Source of the DNA: Octopus vulgaris
Lineage: Eukaryota
Length of the DNA: 64,000 nucleotides
Direction: 5' to 3'
Assembly (NCBI GenBank): GCA_951406725.2
Contig: OX597842.1
Span: 2,976,001-3,040,000 of the forward strand
Made by a program: the position numbers and the translations under genes. How positions within the stretch are numbered: position 1 is the first letter of the stretch; each line of letters opens with the position of its first letter. Shown piece by piece: positions 28,826 through 43,591 of this stretch. The notes beneath the pieces were generated by a model that was given only the letters and a program-made list of their open reading frames with translations, had not been told where the DNA came from and made no database searches.

Positions 28826-29691
28826 TATTTTCAGACAGGGTGTCATGTCGTATAGTCGTAACAAGGTTAACGGCGACATGTCTCACATATCAGTACGTGA
28901 TAACCCGATTCATCATTTCTTCTGAACTCAGATTCTGCCATATACGATTAGTACATGCTCTGGCATCCAATACTGCAATCGAAGGAGTTTGGAGACCAGA
29001 AATTGGGACTAGTGAACTCGTAGAAATTCTCCAGCAACCACTTTTGACTGTTTCCAGAGTTATGACAAAGAGCTGAATCCAGCAGCCATGCATATGGCCT
29101 TCTCGCAGCAATCTTCGCCAGTTAGAAATTGGCTGCTATCACCAGTAGCTTCACACGGTTGTCTGAATCAAGCTTAAGATCCTGTTCAAAGACGTGGCAT
29201 GGCACAACCAGTGGAGACACATAAAAACTACCATAGTCTGGGGGAACATGGTTTTTATGACGCTCAAGTCATGTCTTACAATGTTCACAGAGTATTGTAC
29301 AGTAATCATGATGTGGGTATTTTGACACTCAGTGCAAATTATCATGATACAGGTAACACTTTTTAATTATTCGGACGGTTTCAAGCCCTCCATGCCAGCT
29401 AGCTCCTTCTCAACTGCAACTTTAAACTTTATACTCTCCAACGCCATGGACGGTTCACCAATACCTCAACATGTTCTTGAAGAAAAAAAGGGCAGACATA
29501 AAATCGTCAAATTTAGCCCAAACACCCTGTATACAGACACACACACTCACACACTCACACACACGTATACATAAAAATACGTGTATATATATGTGTATAT
29601 ATATAAATACATAAATACACATTTGTCAGCATGTATAAAGGTTGAGTTATATGTGTGTGTGTGTATACATACACACGTCTATCTATTCATG

Positions 29692-29722
<31 letters not shown>

Positions 29723-29819
29723 CTATCTATTCATATATATATATATATATATAGATCTCTATCAATTTAATATATATGTATATTTATATATATACACGTA
29801 TATATATATGAATAGATAA

Positions 29820-29858
<39 letters not shown>

Positions 29859-29875
29859 GTGTGTGTGTATAATCT

Positions 29876-30127
29876 ATATACACACGTACATTAGTCCTAG
29901 AAATATATATCAATGAAATTAAGTGTCCACTAATATATTTAGCGTTGTCCCTGCAGGAATTTCATGTCTAGATTTGGAAATTTCAGAAGAATATTTCTCC
30001 ACCAGTCTGTCTCCCTGTCTTCCTGTTTGTCTGTCTGTCTTGCTGTCATTCGTCTCCCGTCCGCTCTTATGTCATTCCCTGCCTGATTCCCTCTCTATAT
30101 TGATGTTCTCCCCTTTTTCGTCTTCAC
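29876..30127. repeat. Copy 1 of a ~250-bp direct duplication (copy 2 at 34083-34328)
   Basis: cacgtacattagtcctagaaatatatatcaatgaaattaagtgtcc...ttcgtcttca is nearly identical at both loci. Confidence 0.95.
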
Positions 30128-30194
30128 CGGTTTCTTCTTTTTTTCTTCCTCACTACCATCATTAAAATTCTCGACCGCACACTCATAGAATCAT

Positions 30195-30812
30195 TACCAC
30201 CACCACCACCACCACCACCACCACCACCACCACCACCACCACCATCATCACCACCACCACCACTACCACCACTGCCACCTAAATATTCATCGTCACCATA
30301 TCATAACTACCACCACCACCGCCACCACAACTTGCCACGGCTATTACCATCATCATAACCGTTGGCGTCATCATCATCATCATCATCATCATCACCCCCA
30401 TCATCATCATCTTCATCATCATCATCACCGTTAATGTTGTCATCGGCATCTTCATCATCATCATCATTATCATCATCATTATCACTATCATCATAATCAC
30501 TATCACCATCACCATCACCATCACCATCATCATCACCATCATCAACATCATCATTACCATCATTATCATCATCGTCATCATCATCTTCGTTGTCATCATC
30601 ACCCTCATCATCATTATCATCATCACCACCATCAACATCATCATCATTATCATCATCATCATCATCACCACCAACCACTATCATCATTTTACCATCACCC
30701 CCGGCGTCGTCAAAAACCATCAACACTATTATCATCATAATCATCATTACCATCATTATAATCACCACCACCACCACCACCACCAACATCACGACTACCA
30801 TCCCCACCACCC
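30195..30812. repeat. (CAC)n/(CAT)n trinucleotide array
   Basis: Direct reading. Confidence 0.95.
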
Positions 30813-31094
30813 AGTAGGATATTCCCCTTTAAGTACCTGTCCATATTGCTGCAAGTTGATCGATCGTTATACTGATAGCCACACTTAAAACCAGCATGTG
30901 TAGGCTGACAGTCATACGCACACAAACACGCATACACACACACATACACACACACACACACACATATATATAGGCATGTGATGTGGACGTGTTTAAATGC
31001 GTATGGATATATATGTGGGTTTATGTGTGCTGCACGTAGATATATAACTGTAGATGCGTTATTATATGTGCACATACATATATGCGTAATACAT

Positions 31095-31243
31095 ATAGAT
31101 AGATATAAAATGCAGAAAGGTAAGTAGGTAGGTAGGTAGGTAGATATGTAGGTAGGTAGGTAGGTAGGTAGGTAGATAGATAGATAGATAGGTAAGTAGA
31201 TAGATAGATAGATAGATGGACAGATAGATAGATATAGATATAT

Positions 31244-31296
<53 letters not shown>

Positions 31297-31437
31297 GAGA
31301 TAGATAGAGAGATAGGTAGAGGGATAGAAAGTTAGATAAAGAGATAGACAGATAGATAGATATAGATAGATTGATAGATAGGTAGATAGATAGAGACAGA
31401 TAGGTAGATAGATAGAGACAGATAGCTAGACAGAGAC

Positions 31438-31492
<55 letters not shown>

Positions 31493-31586
31493 CAGAGACA
31501 GACAGATAGATTGATAGACAGGTAGATAGATAGATAGATAGATAGATAGAAATATAGACAGAGACATAGATAGGTAGATAGATAGA

Positions 31587-31655
<69 letters not shown>

Positions 31656-31726
31656 AATATGTACACATCGTTAAGTACGCAATCTATATTAATTCGTGTA
31701 TTTACTCTCTCTCTCACACACACACA

Positions 31727-31775
<49 letters not shown>
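31095..31775. repeat. (TAGG)n/(GATA)n, (TA)n and (CA)n compound microsatellite
   Basis: Direct reading. Confidence 0.95.
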
Positions 31776-31778
<3 letters not shown>

Positions 31779-32266
31779 TCATGCTATATACATCTGAATA
31801 TAAACATAATGCGCGAAAAGTAATTTTCCTGTTACGAAGAATCTTTAAAATAGGATGATAAAGCAAGTAACACTTTGATATGACAGGTATATATCACTCT
31901 GGCTATTCTACATGTATACAACAAACCGTGTGTATATGCCTGTGTGTATATGCAGCCGGTGCATGTTCCTTTTAATGATAGACCGCGCGAGTAGCGATGG
32001 AGTAAGGAGAAGGTATAATTTACTGGCACGTAATAATGTCGGAGTTTGATGACTGCACGTGTGTGAGTGTGTGAGTGTGCTTGTGTTTATGTGGTTGTTG
32101 GGTGTTTGTGGGTTTTCGGGGATTGTGTAAAACGCACGCATGCACACAGACAGACAGACAGACAGATTGATGCGTGTATCGTGATAATTTAAACTTAACA
32201 AAGCCTTACTTAACAGTAAACGACCATAAACCTAATGGGTACAGTTTGTGTGCGCACGTTTGAATG

Positions 32267-32343
<77 letters not shown>

Positions 32344-32480
32344 GGAGGAGGATATTAAAAATAAATGCCATAGTTATTAAAGAACTCCACATAAAACCTG
32401 TCGAATAAAATAAAATTAATGCATGTGTGTGAGTGTGCATGTATATATTTCTATATACATAATCTTAGGGTGCATACTTT

Positions 32481-32517
<37 letters not shown>

Positions 32518-32542
32518 GAGTGTAGAAAAATATTATTCGTGG

Positions 32543-32861
32543 TACTCCGTCGGTTACGACGACGAGAGTTTCAGTTGATGCGATCAACGGAATGCTGCTC
32601 GTGAGTACTCCACAGACACATGTACCCTTAACGTAGTTCTCGGGGAGATTCAGCTTGACACAGTGTGACAAGGCTGGCCCTTTGAAATACAGGTACAACA
32701 GAAATAGGAAGATAGAGTGAAAGACAGTTGTGGTGAGAGTACAGCAGAGTACAGCCCCTGCCGTACTCAATAATCACTCACAACGTCCGGGCTGGGAATC
32801 GAAACTGCGATCCTACGACCGCGAGTCCGCTGCCCTAACCACTGGGCCATTGCGCCTCCAC
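32543..32861 (-). mobile_element. SINE family C (tRNA-Arg-like head, OR-type), with internal deletions
   Basis: Reverse complement gtggaggcgcaatggcccagtggttagggcagcggactcgcggtcgtaggatcgcagtttcgattccc; matches 47538-47926. Confidence 0.88.
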
Positions 32862-33869
32862 AGAAAAATATATACATATAAATATGCATGTGCCTGCATG
32901 CATAGAAATATGTAAATACACACACACACTCACACACACACACTCACACACACACACTCACACACATACAATAAATCTCAGAACGAAGTATAAACAGTAG
33001 CTGCACGACAATGTGAAGTATATTTGCCACTTAAATGTGGCTAACCTCTATGGGTGGATGCTACTGTAGTTTGTAGCCCCAGCAGAGCATCTTCAAAACA
33101 ATAAAAAAAATTTGGGTATCCTAATTATGCCGAACGAATTCGTAAATAGTTAAAATTCACTTATTAAATGTCATGAAATGGATGTTATTTTATTATTCTC
33201 TTTGGTTAAATGTTTTCAAATTTATTTTTTAATATTTTTTAGGAATGTTTCCAGTTTGTATGTTATTATTATCATAATTTATTGTTGGTTATTTTTCTGG
33301 TAATCCTTCTTATTAAGATTGTTTAAGACGCATGAAATTTGTAACGTATTCATAAAAGTGTGGCAGTTTGATTAAGATTTATTTGTAGGACTTTCCAAGC
33401 TCCTTCAACAACTTCTTTATTAAATTATAATAAAAGTGTTGTTATTAAATATGTTAAATCTTTAAATAAATAATAATAAAACGCCAATGGTTTTAAATTA
33501 CGTTTAGCAAGTCAACAAATAAAATTAAACCGAATATTTCCAACCTTTAGGATAAAAAAATTTCGTAAACTTTCACTGAAAATTCTTGCTAGATAAATAA
33601 AGTTTGCAAAATATAACTTACATTTTAGAATTCTACAAATTCTAAATGGAAACCAAAGAGATTTGTAGCACAGCTTGGTAACGTATAATGCAACAACAAT
33701 GGCGGCGATGATTTCTAGTTTGCTATGTCATACATTTGGGAGCAGCGCTAGGCGAATTAGCAGTGTCATTAGAATGTCAGGCAAAATATCTCACGTTATT
33801 TGTGATGACTGACTCTCAGAGTTCAAATCCAGCTGAAGTCGACTTCGCTTTTTATTTTTCAAAAGTATA

Positions 33870-34022
33870 CGCGTAGCTGTGTAAGACGTTTGTTTCCTAA
33901 CCATCTGGTTCCGGGTTCAGTCTCACTGCGTGGAATCTTGGGCAAGTGTCATCTTCTATAGTCTCGGACTGACCAAAGCCTCGTGAGTGAATTTGGCAGA
34001 CGGAAACCGAAAGAAACCTGTA
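33870..34022 (+). mobile_element. SINE family A 5' half, preceded by a decayed family B fragment (33745-33860)
   Basis: ggttccgggttcagtctcactgcgtggaatcttgggcaagtg. Confidence 0.8.
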
Positions 34023-34035
34023 CTATGTATGTGTG

Positions 34036-34080
<45 letters not shown>

Positions 34081-34082
34081 AT

Positions 34083-34328
34083 ATATACACGTACATTAGT
34101 CCTAGAAATATATATCAATGAAATTAAGTGTCCACTAATATATTTAGCGTTGTCCCTGCAGGAATTTCATGTCTAGATTTGGAAATTTCAGAAGAATATT
34201 TCTCCACCAGTCTGTCTCCCTGTCTTCCTGTTTGTCTGTCTGCCTTGCTGTCATTCGTCTCTCGTCCGCTCTTACGTCATTCCCTGCCTGATTTCCTCTC
34301 TATGATATTCTCCCCTATTTCGTCTTCA
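34083..34328. repeat. Copy 2 of the ~250-bp direct duplication
   Basis: See 29876-30127. Confidence 0.95.
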
Positions 34329-34344
34329 ATCTGTGGGTCAATCT

Positions 34345-34940
34345 GAAGGTGGAGATAGTGTAAAATTGCAGAAAACCTTAGGATTCTGCTTTCTACAGTT
34401 AACAGAGTGATTGTGCAATTCAACAGAGAGAAGAAGGAGTTCACATCACCTCACCCAGGTTGACCAGGGCTCTCTGACAGGACCTTTCTCTTTGTTAACA
34501 GAAGTTTGGAGGATAATCCTCGTTGCAAGGCCTCTGATATAGCAGAACACCTTGATGTCAGTCCCAGAACAGTTATCAGGTATCTCCTCAAACTTGGTTA
34601 CTGTCGTAGAGCAGTAAGAAAGAAGCCACTTCTTCAAGCAGCCAACAACAAGCAGAGAAAAGATTGGGCCAGTTAGACGGTGGAGAGGCCACTAGCATTT
34701 TGGGACACTGTCATATTCTCCAATGAGTTCAGATTTGCAGTACTCTCTGACAGTGGGTTTGGAAGATCTTTATTAGAGAAGATGGGGCTCCTTGTCACAC
34801 GGCTAAAATGATCCTTGATTTGTTGGATGAGAATGGCATTAAAAAGCTGCCAAGGCCAAGCCAGTTACCAGATATGAACCCTATTGAACATCTCTGGGGC
34901 ATAATGGGTAGGACACTTCATAAAAAGAACAAGAAAGCAT
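34345..34940 (+). mobile_element. Internally deleted Tc1-like (DD34E-type) transposase remnant
   Basis: IAEHLDVSPRTVIRYLLKLGY..AVRKKPLL..WDTVIFSNEFRF and EDGAPCHTAK..ENGIKKLPRPSQLPDMNPIEHLWG. Confidence 0.88.
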
Positions 34941-35106
34941 TGCTTATATAACACATTCGATATCAATGGAATTATAATAGAAGACTAAGACTAACATTAT
35001 CTTTCACCATTCTGGGGTCGAAGAATTAGAACCAATGAAAATCTGGGGTAGATTTGACCCGTTTCCTGTCTTGTGTACTGCGTGTTTCCCTGACTTCCAT
35101 GCATCG

Positions 35107-35322
35107 TACGAGAGGGGAGGGTGTTGAAAAGTTCCTGGCTTTGGGTAAAAGAAAATACAGGAGGATCAGTTATGATTTTATTCAACACATTCCCCTCTCA
35201 GATTCACACACTTGTTTCAGCGGTCCTTCAGTTTTTCTAAGCCCTGTAAAAGAACTCGGAAGGGTTCCAGCCAGGCCTTTGCAATGTCCCTAAATCCAGG
35301 AACTTTTCAGCACCCCCTCTTA
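35107..35322. mobile_element. Mariner-derived MITE
   Basis: TIRs gagggtgttgaaaagttcctgg / ccaggaacttttcagcaccccctc with TA at both ends. Confidence 0.82.
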
Positions 35323-36739
35323 TATTTCACACAAAATAGACAGACAATATAATATTGGTTTCAGATTTTGGCACAAGACCAGCAATTGTTGGGGAAGGGG
35401 TAAGTCGATTAAATCGACCCCAGTATTCAACTGGTACTTCTTTTATCGACTCCGAAAGGATGAAAGGCAAAGTCGGTCCCAATGGCAGTTGAACTCATCA
35501 GACAATATATATTGGAACATTGTCGTCATCAAACTTTCAGCTTTAAAAAATACATAACTTCAAATCTTTAGGTGGCGGTTTCAAATATTATGGGAGGTAG
35601 AAAATTATAAAGGGTGACAGACGGAAAAGTAGCCCAGATTCCGTAGCATAGTGTAAACGCCAAAATAAATTTGCCCACCCGAAAAAGCCCCCAGGCTTTC
35701 GTTTGCAAGTGTCATTGTTATTGTAATCCACACGTTTGGAACATTTTTTAATATAAAAATTTTTATTTTCACACCTATGTTCCAAACTTTTGGCCAAGAC
35801 TATATAGAAGACAGTTGCCCCACGTATCACGCAGTGGGACTGAACTCAAGACCATGTGGTTGGGAAGCAAACTTCTTAAACACACAGCCATGCTTGTGTA
35901 TGTTCGTGTAAAACGTATAACTAAATCATTAATAATGCATTTTTAAGTGTTTGTAACCACATATATACGCAAGAATACACACACACACACACATATATAT
36001 ACAATAAAAGGCTTCCAAATAAGGAAGCGTTGTGCTAGAACACAAAATGGGATAAATTCACGAAAGGAATGAAAATTAAAAACATTTACCATCTCAACTA
36101 TATCCCAAACCGACAGTTTCTCACTATTTTCAGCAAGCAAACAAAATATATTTGCCAAGGCCAGGTTCTTCAGTGGGATGCCTTCGTAATCCTGATGCAC
36201 AGACTGTTAGAAGCACATGTAGATCTAACGGTTTATATATATACACACATATACATACTCAAACCTAGTCCTGTGAGGTTGAAAGTTCATTCGTTCGTCT
36301 GTTCGTCCACAGGCCAATGGTGGATGCGTTAATAGCTGGGTTAGAAAACAATGGATAGTTTTTTTTGGAAATGGTACCATGAAGGAATTAGGGAAACAAA
36401 AGTAGCCATGGCAATAACAGCTTTGAAAATGATAAGACTAAAAAACTATCCCTACTAATATACTCTTTAAAGAATTAGCACCAGGATCTTTTTATTGACA
36501 AAGAACCGCAGAAATTGTATTCACCTCAATAGACGTCACTGATTGGTTGAAATTGCCAAAATGCAAGAAATTTAACAAGAAGTGTCTTACAAACTACAGA
36601 ATTTTCTCAAGAAAGCCAAGACAAAAAGAAGTTTTATGTAACACATTCTACCAGTATATGAAGTTTAAAAGTGTTTAGTTACAAAGAAATTATTTTAAAA
36701 ATCTGCCGATCAAAGTGAATAGATCTGCACCACACACAT

Positions 36740-37052
36740 CCATTTGTAATTGTTGTATACATGTTAAATGGGATGGTTTCAACGTTAGACTTTTCAACAG
36801 TCGTTGGTGCGACTTCCTGCATATGTGAGACTGCTGCGCCAATTTACGAGTTGAATTATTTGGTCTTCGAATAGTCCTTTTGAGAATGTCCTGAAGAACT
36901 TCCGGTGTTCGAACTGTAGGGTCTCTTTGTTTTGGGTCATTGTGCACTGACCCCATAGCACGCCGCTTCTTAACCAACATTTGTATCGTTCTCTTTGCCA
37001 ATAAGCCTTTATCTGGAAACTTCGGTTCAAAAGTTTCACACGTTTGCTTAAC
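36740..37052 (-). mobile_element. Tc1/mariner transposase N-terminal (HTH) fragment
   Basis: KRTIQMLVKKRRAMGSVHN..RDPTVRTPE..RRPNNSTRKLAQQSHI..LKPSHLTCIQQL resembles the HTH region of the element at 12170. Confidence 0.65.
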
Positions 37053-37055
37053 AGA

Positions 37056-37286
37056 GGCGGCGAGCTGGCAGAAATGTTAGCACGCTGGGCGAAATGCTTA
37101 GCAGTATTTCGTCTGCCGTTACGTTCTGAGTTCAAATTCCGCCGAGGTCGACTTTGCCTTTCATCCTTTCGGGGTCGATAAATTAAGTACCAGTTACGCA
37201 CTGGGGTCGATGTAATCGACTTAATCTCTTTGTCTGTCCTTGTTTCTCCCCTCTATGTTTAGCTCCTTGAGGGTAGTGAAGAAATA
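37056..37286 (+). mobile_element. Full-length SINE family B
   Basis: ggcggcgagctggcagaaatgttagc...tagtgaagaaata. Confidence 0.9.
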
Positions 37287-37793
37287 CACTTCCACAATCT
37301 CCACTCTTTCCACTATTGAGTACATAAACTTGCAGAAAAGGCTAGACACACACACACACACACTTATGTGTGTGTGTAATGTACGTATAATTGCATAAAT
37401 CATCACTGAGTTTTACTGTCCCATTCACACACACACACACATTCACACACTCATGCACACACACCCTCACATGTACAAACACACAATGCAAAACACACAA
37501 ACAAACACATACATTCAAACACACACATGCACTCAGACACACACACACATAAACAAACACAATACAAAACACACTCAATTTCAAACACTCAACACACACG
37601 CACATACACACACTCTCTCTCCAACACCCCCTCACCTCACCTGTTCTTGTCTTTTTAAAATCAATTAAGACTCATTAATTAGAAATGTTTCCGCTTCTTT
37701 TTGAAATTTAAATATATTTGTTTTCGATAATACCGCTCAATGTATCAATAGATTAATCAATAAATGTATATATTTCTTGCTATTTGATATATA

Positions 37794-37870
<77 letters not shown>

Positions 37871-37872
<2 letters not shown>

Positions 37873-38016
37873 AGTGGCTGTGTGGTAAGTAGCTTGCTTA
37901 CCAACCACATGGTTCCGGGTTCTGTCCCACTGCGTGGCACCTTGGGCAAGTGTCTTCTACTATAGCCCCAGGCCGAGCGAAGCCTTGGTCGACGGAAACT
38001 GAAAGAAGCCTGTCGT
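37871..38016 (+). mobile_element. SINE family A 5' half
   Basis: ggagtggctgtgtggtaagtagcttgcttaccaaccacatgg. Confidence 0.88.
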
Positions 38017-38088
38017 ATATATGTATATATATATAATAAAAAAACTTACTTGGAGGATAAGAAACGACGCGAGGCGCTCAGTCATATT

Positions 38089-38644
<556 letters not shown>

Positions 38645-38859
38645 TGTGAATATGTGGTGAGTGAGTCTAACGCAATTTCGTGCCTTTCACGATAATAGTG
38701 TTTCCCAACTGGTGGCACATGCAAGAGCTGCAGGGAATATGGGACCGAGAACAGAAGTGGTTATACGAAAATAATGAGATTCAAGATGAGACCATCACTG
38801 GACAGACAGGGGACAAAAACGAAATAATATATATGTGCGCGCGCGCGTGTGTTTAATAT

Positions 38860-39272
38860 TCTTTTACTCTTTTATTTGTTTCAGTCATTTGACTGCGGCC
38901 ATGCTGGAGCACCGCCTTTAGTCGAGCAAATCGAACCCGGGACTTATTCTTTGTAAGCCCAGCACTTATTCTATCGGTCTATTTTGCCGAACCGCTAAGT
39001 GACGGGGACGTAAACACACCAGCATCGGTTGTCAAGCAATGCTAGAGGGACAAACACAGACACACAAACATATACGCAGACACACATATATATATATATA
39101 CATATATACGACAGGCTTCTTTCAGTTTCCGTCTACCATATCCACTCACAAGGCTTTGGTCGGCCCGAGGCTATAGCAGAAGACACTTGCCCAAGATGTC
39201 ACGCAGTGGGACTGAACCCGGAACCATGTGGTTGGTAAACAAGCTACTTACCACACAGCCACTCCTGCGCCT
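38860..39272 (-). mobile_element. Full-length, little-diverged SINE family A
   Basis: Reverse complement of the 5594-6001 type; further older fragments in both orientations at 39300-39935. Confidence 0.92.
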
Positions 39273-39969
39273 AATATATATATATATATGTATATATATA
39301 TGTATGTGTGTGTGTGTGTGTGTGTATTTATGTTTGCGTGTTTTTCACCATGCCATCGCTTGACAACCGATGCTGGTGTGCTTATGTTCTTGTAACTTAG
39401 TTGTTTGGCAAAAGAGACTGATAGAATATGTAATATGCTTGCAAAGAATAAGTCCTGGGGTCGATTTCTTGGACTAAAACCCTTTAAGGTGGTGCTCCAC
39501 TTTGGCCGAAGTCAAATGACTGAAACAAGTGGAAGAATATATATATATATTACATAGATGGTAAGTAATTTGTATTCCAATCACAGGGTATCGGTTTCAG
39601 TTCCACTGTGTGACACCTTGGGTAAGTGCTTTCTATTGTAACCCTAGGCCGACGAAAGCCTTTGTGACCCCAGAACATATTTGTTTTCTTTAAAGACTGC
39701 TAGATTACGAGGGACATAAACTAACTAACACCAGTTGTTAAGCGGCTGGGAAGGCGGACAAACAAAAGATACACAAATACATAACGGGCTTCTCTCAGTT
39801 TCCATCTACGTAATCCACTCACAAGGCTTTGATCAACGTGTGGCTATAGTTGAAGTCACTTGCCCAAGGTACCACTCAGTGGGACTGAACCTGAAACCAT
39901 GTGGTTGGGAAGCAAACTTGTTACCACACAGCCATGTGTGTGCGTGAGTGTGTGTGTGTGTGTGTGTGC

Positions 39970-40024
<55 letters not shown>

Positions 40025-40289
40025 ATTGACCGTACATACTAAATGTATGTGTCTTGTTTTGTTCGCCAGTTTGCTGCCGAGGAGCGCCTGGGGGACAACA
40101 CCCGAAGGTCATAGACAAGCGAGACAACTCGCCTCCAGTCGAATTCAAAAGTGATGGATACCAATATTTCGCCATTTTTGTGGCTTATCAGCATCACGTA
40201 TCTGAATTGAGCCGGAGGTAAATTGAATGGCCAGTCTATGACTTCGAGTGAGTGTGTGTGGGTGTGAGTGAGTGAGTGAAAGAGAGAAC

Positions 40290-40897
40290 ATGTATGTATG
40301 TATGTATGTATGTATGTATGTATGTATGTATGTATGTATGTATGTATGTATGCATGTATGTATGTATGTATGTATGTATGTATGCATGCATGTATATATG
40401 TATGTTTGTATGTATGTATGTATGTATGTATGTATGTATGCATGCATGTATGTATGTATGTATGTATGTATGTATGTATGTATGTATGTATGTATGTATG
40501 TATGCATGCATGTATGTATGTATGTTTGTATGTATGTATGTATGTATGTATGTTTGTATGTATGTATGTATGTATGTATGTATGTATGTATGCATGCATG
40601 CATGTATGTATGTATGTATGTATGTATGCATGCATGCATGTATGTATGTATGTATGTATGTATGTATGTATGTATGTATGTATGTTTGTATGTATGTATG
40701 TATGTATGTATGTATGCATGCATGTATGTATGTATGTATGTATGTATGTATGTTTGTATGTATGTATGTATGTATGTATGTATGTTTGTATTTATGTATG
40801 TATGTATGTATGTATGTATGTATGTATGTATGTATGTATGTATGTATGTATGTATGTATGTATGTATGTATGTATGTATGTATGTATGTATGTATGT
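40290..40897. repeat. (TATG)n, about 150 units with CATG/TTTG variants
   Basis: Direct reading. Confidence 0.97.
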
Positions 40898-41187
40898 CTG
40901 CGTGAGAGAGAGAAAGAGACAATATATGTGTGTGTGTGTGAGCATGTGTATACATGAGTGTGTGTGTAAGTATGTATGTGTGTATCTATGAGTGAGTATG
41001 TGTGTGCGAGCGTGTGTATAAATATATGTATGTATATATGTTTTAATACTTCACTTAGGCATTTGCAAGACTAATAACCTGGTGTAGAACTCAATATACG
41101 TACGCTTCAGAACGAGGTGTTGGCTGAGTATACCGCAATAATAAGAAAAAGAGACGAGAAGAGAATAAATGACTATCTTAAGAACTT

Positions 41188-41239
41188 CATTAACTAACAG
41201 CTGTTTCTGCTACAAGATGCAATGGACTCATAGTTGATG
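41188..41239 (-). ncRNA. Hammerhead remnant with apparent deletion of CUG from the core
   Basis: Minus strand: catcaact-[ctg missing]ATGA-gtcc...agca-GAAA-cagctg-TT-agttaatg; stem I pairs at 7 of 8 positions and stem III is palindromic. Confidence 0.4.
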
Positions 41240-41240
41240 T

Positions 41241-41313
<73 letters not shown>

Positions 41314-42121
41314 CGTGTGTGTTCTTTTTCTCATTTTGACTTAGAGTAAATTTTGACCAGCTCCCTTCTGGGTAAGAGGGTTCTGAAGAAAAGCATTCTG
41401 TCGTGTTCATTATCCTTTAAATCTTAATGCTTTGCAGATTTTTATATTCGCGGATATCGCTATCTTTTGTAGCATATGAATTAAGGATCTGTATTGTCTC
41501 CCCAAGATCCCAAGTTCAGGCATACTTTGCTCCAAACAAGTTAGCATGTATCCCCTTGGTCCAATAACAATGGGTATGAAACTGAAAATGTATCTTTGGT
41601 ATTAGATTCGCAAACTCTTCATCAACGGTCCATACACGTTCTCTACCTCCCATGTTCTTCTAATCACATTGGTGTCCAGAGGTCAGCATACCTTTTTCTT
41701 GTGGTTACACACAACGATATCTGGCTGTTTGTGTTTTTAACTTGGTGGTTCTTTTGGTTTTTAAGTTCCACCAATCTTCTTTCAACCCTTCGGCCACAAT
41801 ATGGTCAACTTCGACAGTAAATGTTTTCTATTTTTCTCGTCCTGTTCCATAATGTTCTGGCCACTGTGACCTCCCTCTTGGGAAGATATCTGGAAGACAT
41901 GCTCTGGCAGTTGGTAAAAATGATAATGATGTGATTGATGTCTTCAGTTGCATTTCTGCATTGCTCCCTCTTGTTGTCCATCAATGTTTTCTATCTTTTA
42001 TGCAACAGGGATTTGGTGGGGACTTCTCCTCCCCGAATTGCGCGGAGGTAGCCTTCGAAGTGGAATGCCACAAATTTGTCGATACTCTGTGCCAAGCTTT
42101 TTATGTGATTAATCTCTTCTA

Positions 42122-42545
42122 GGCGCAGGAATGGCCGTGTGGTAAGTAGCTTGCTTACCAACCACATAGTTCTGGGTTCACTCCCACAGCGTAGCACCTT
42201 GGGCAAGTGTCTTCTACTATAACCTCGGGCCGACCAAAGCCTTGTTAGTGGATTTAGTAAACGGAAACTGAAGGAAGCCCGTCGTATATATGTATATATA
42301 TACATATACTGTGTGTGTGTGTGTGTGTGTATATGTTTGTGTGTCTGTGTTTGTCCCCCAACATCGCTTGACAACCGATGCTGGTGTGTTTACGTCCCCG
42401 TAACTTAGCGGTTTGGCAAAAGAGACCGATAGAATAAGTACAAGGCTTACAAAGAATAAGTCCTGGGGTCGATTTGCTCGACTAAAGGCGGTGTTCCAGC
42501 ATGGCCACAGTCAAATTACTGAAACAAGTAAAAGAGTAAAAGAGT
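42122..42545 (+). mobile_element. Full-length SINE family A inserted in the LINE
   Basis: Complete head, body and gtaaaagagtaaaagag tail. Confidence 0.92.
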
Positions 42546-42585
42546 ATGGTTTGTGTTTTTTATGCCAATTATCCATGTACCGATA

Positions 42586-42850
42586 AAGGCTCATGGCTCA
42601 GTGATTAGAGCGTCTGGCTTACAATCGCGGGGTTGTGAGTTCGATTCCTGGAACAGGCTGTGTAGTGTTCTTCACTCAGTCATAGAAATATTGGTGGTGT
42701 GAATAACATTGGTGGTGTGGAGAGGAGAGGCTGGTTTGCATGGACGACTGCTGGTCTTCCATTAACAGCCTTGCCTGGACTTGTGCCCCGGAGAGGAACT
42801 TTCTAGGAGGAATTCTATGGTCATTCGTAACTGAAGGGGGTCTTTACCTT
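42586..42850 (+). mobile_element. tRNA-derived SINE, separate family D
   Basis: tggctcagtgattagagcg (A box), gagttcgattcc (B box); 3' end gaagggggtctttacc. Confidence 0.65.
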
Positions 42851-43385
42851 CTTATCCTATTCACGTACTATTTTCCTGGTGAACTGGTCCATTTTGTTTT
42901 ATTTTGCTCTTTTGATAAATAGAATTTACCAAAGTTTATTAGCTCCTCAAGTTTATTAGCTTTCCTAATTATTTTGTTGATTTCCTGGCCACAAACTCGG
43001 GCAACATAATTACTGGTTTCATTCCTTTGCGCCAGATGTCGTTTCAGTGTCAATATGTGCTGCTTTATATGACACTAATACATATTTGGGATCATTACCA
43101 CCGTCCTTAAGAGGAAGCTATGACGAATTAAACATTTCCTAATGTTTTTATTGCTTTAAGGATTTACTTAACTATGGCCATAACAGTCACATCAAGTGAA
43201 AGAAGTTTTACAAAACTAGAACTGATTAAAATTTAGAGCCTACAGTTTCACAAACGAGATTAAATAATTTGGTGATGTTAAAAACCATTGACTTCGAAAG
43301 GATTTTGAAAGTTACGGAGATGTACTCGCATAGCAAGTAATTTGATCTGAGATCGTGTGCTGAAACGAAAACAATTGCAGCGTGG

Positions 43386-43591
43386 AATTTGTCAAAATAT
43401 TTTCGTCGCTAAAATCCGCGACCTGTTCACTGACAAAAATCCGTGCTGCATCTGAGAAAGTAACAGTTAGTTCGTCATATATATGTACGTACATATATAT
43501 GACGAACTAACTGTTACTTTCTCAGATGCAGCACAGATTTTTGTCAGTGAACAGGTCGCGGATTTTAGCGACGAAAATATTTTGATAAATT
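43386..43591. repeat. 206-bp spacer-less palindrome
   Basis: 103-bp arms symmetric about 43488/43489 (atatgtac|gtacatat), with two transition mismatches. Confidence 0.97.

Noticed and set aside
28900-29460. Possible decayed MULE-like transposase (MFPQTMVVFMCLH on the minus strand)
   Set aside because: Similarity is too weak to call without a profile search.
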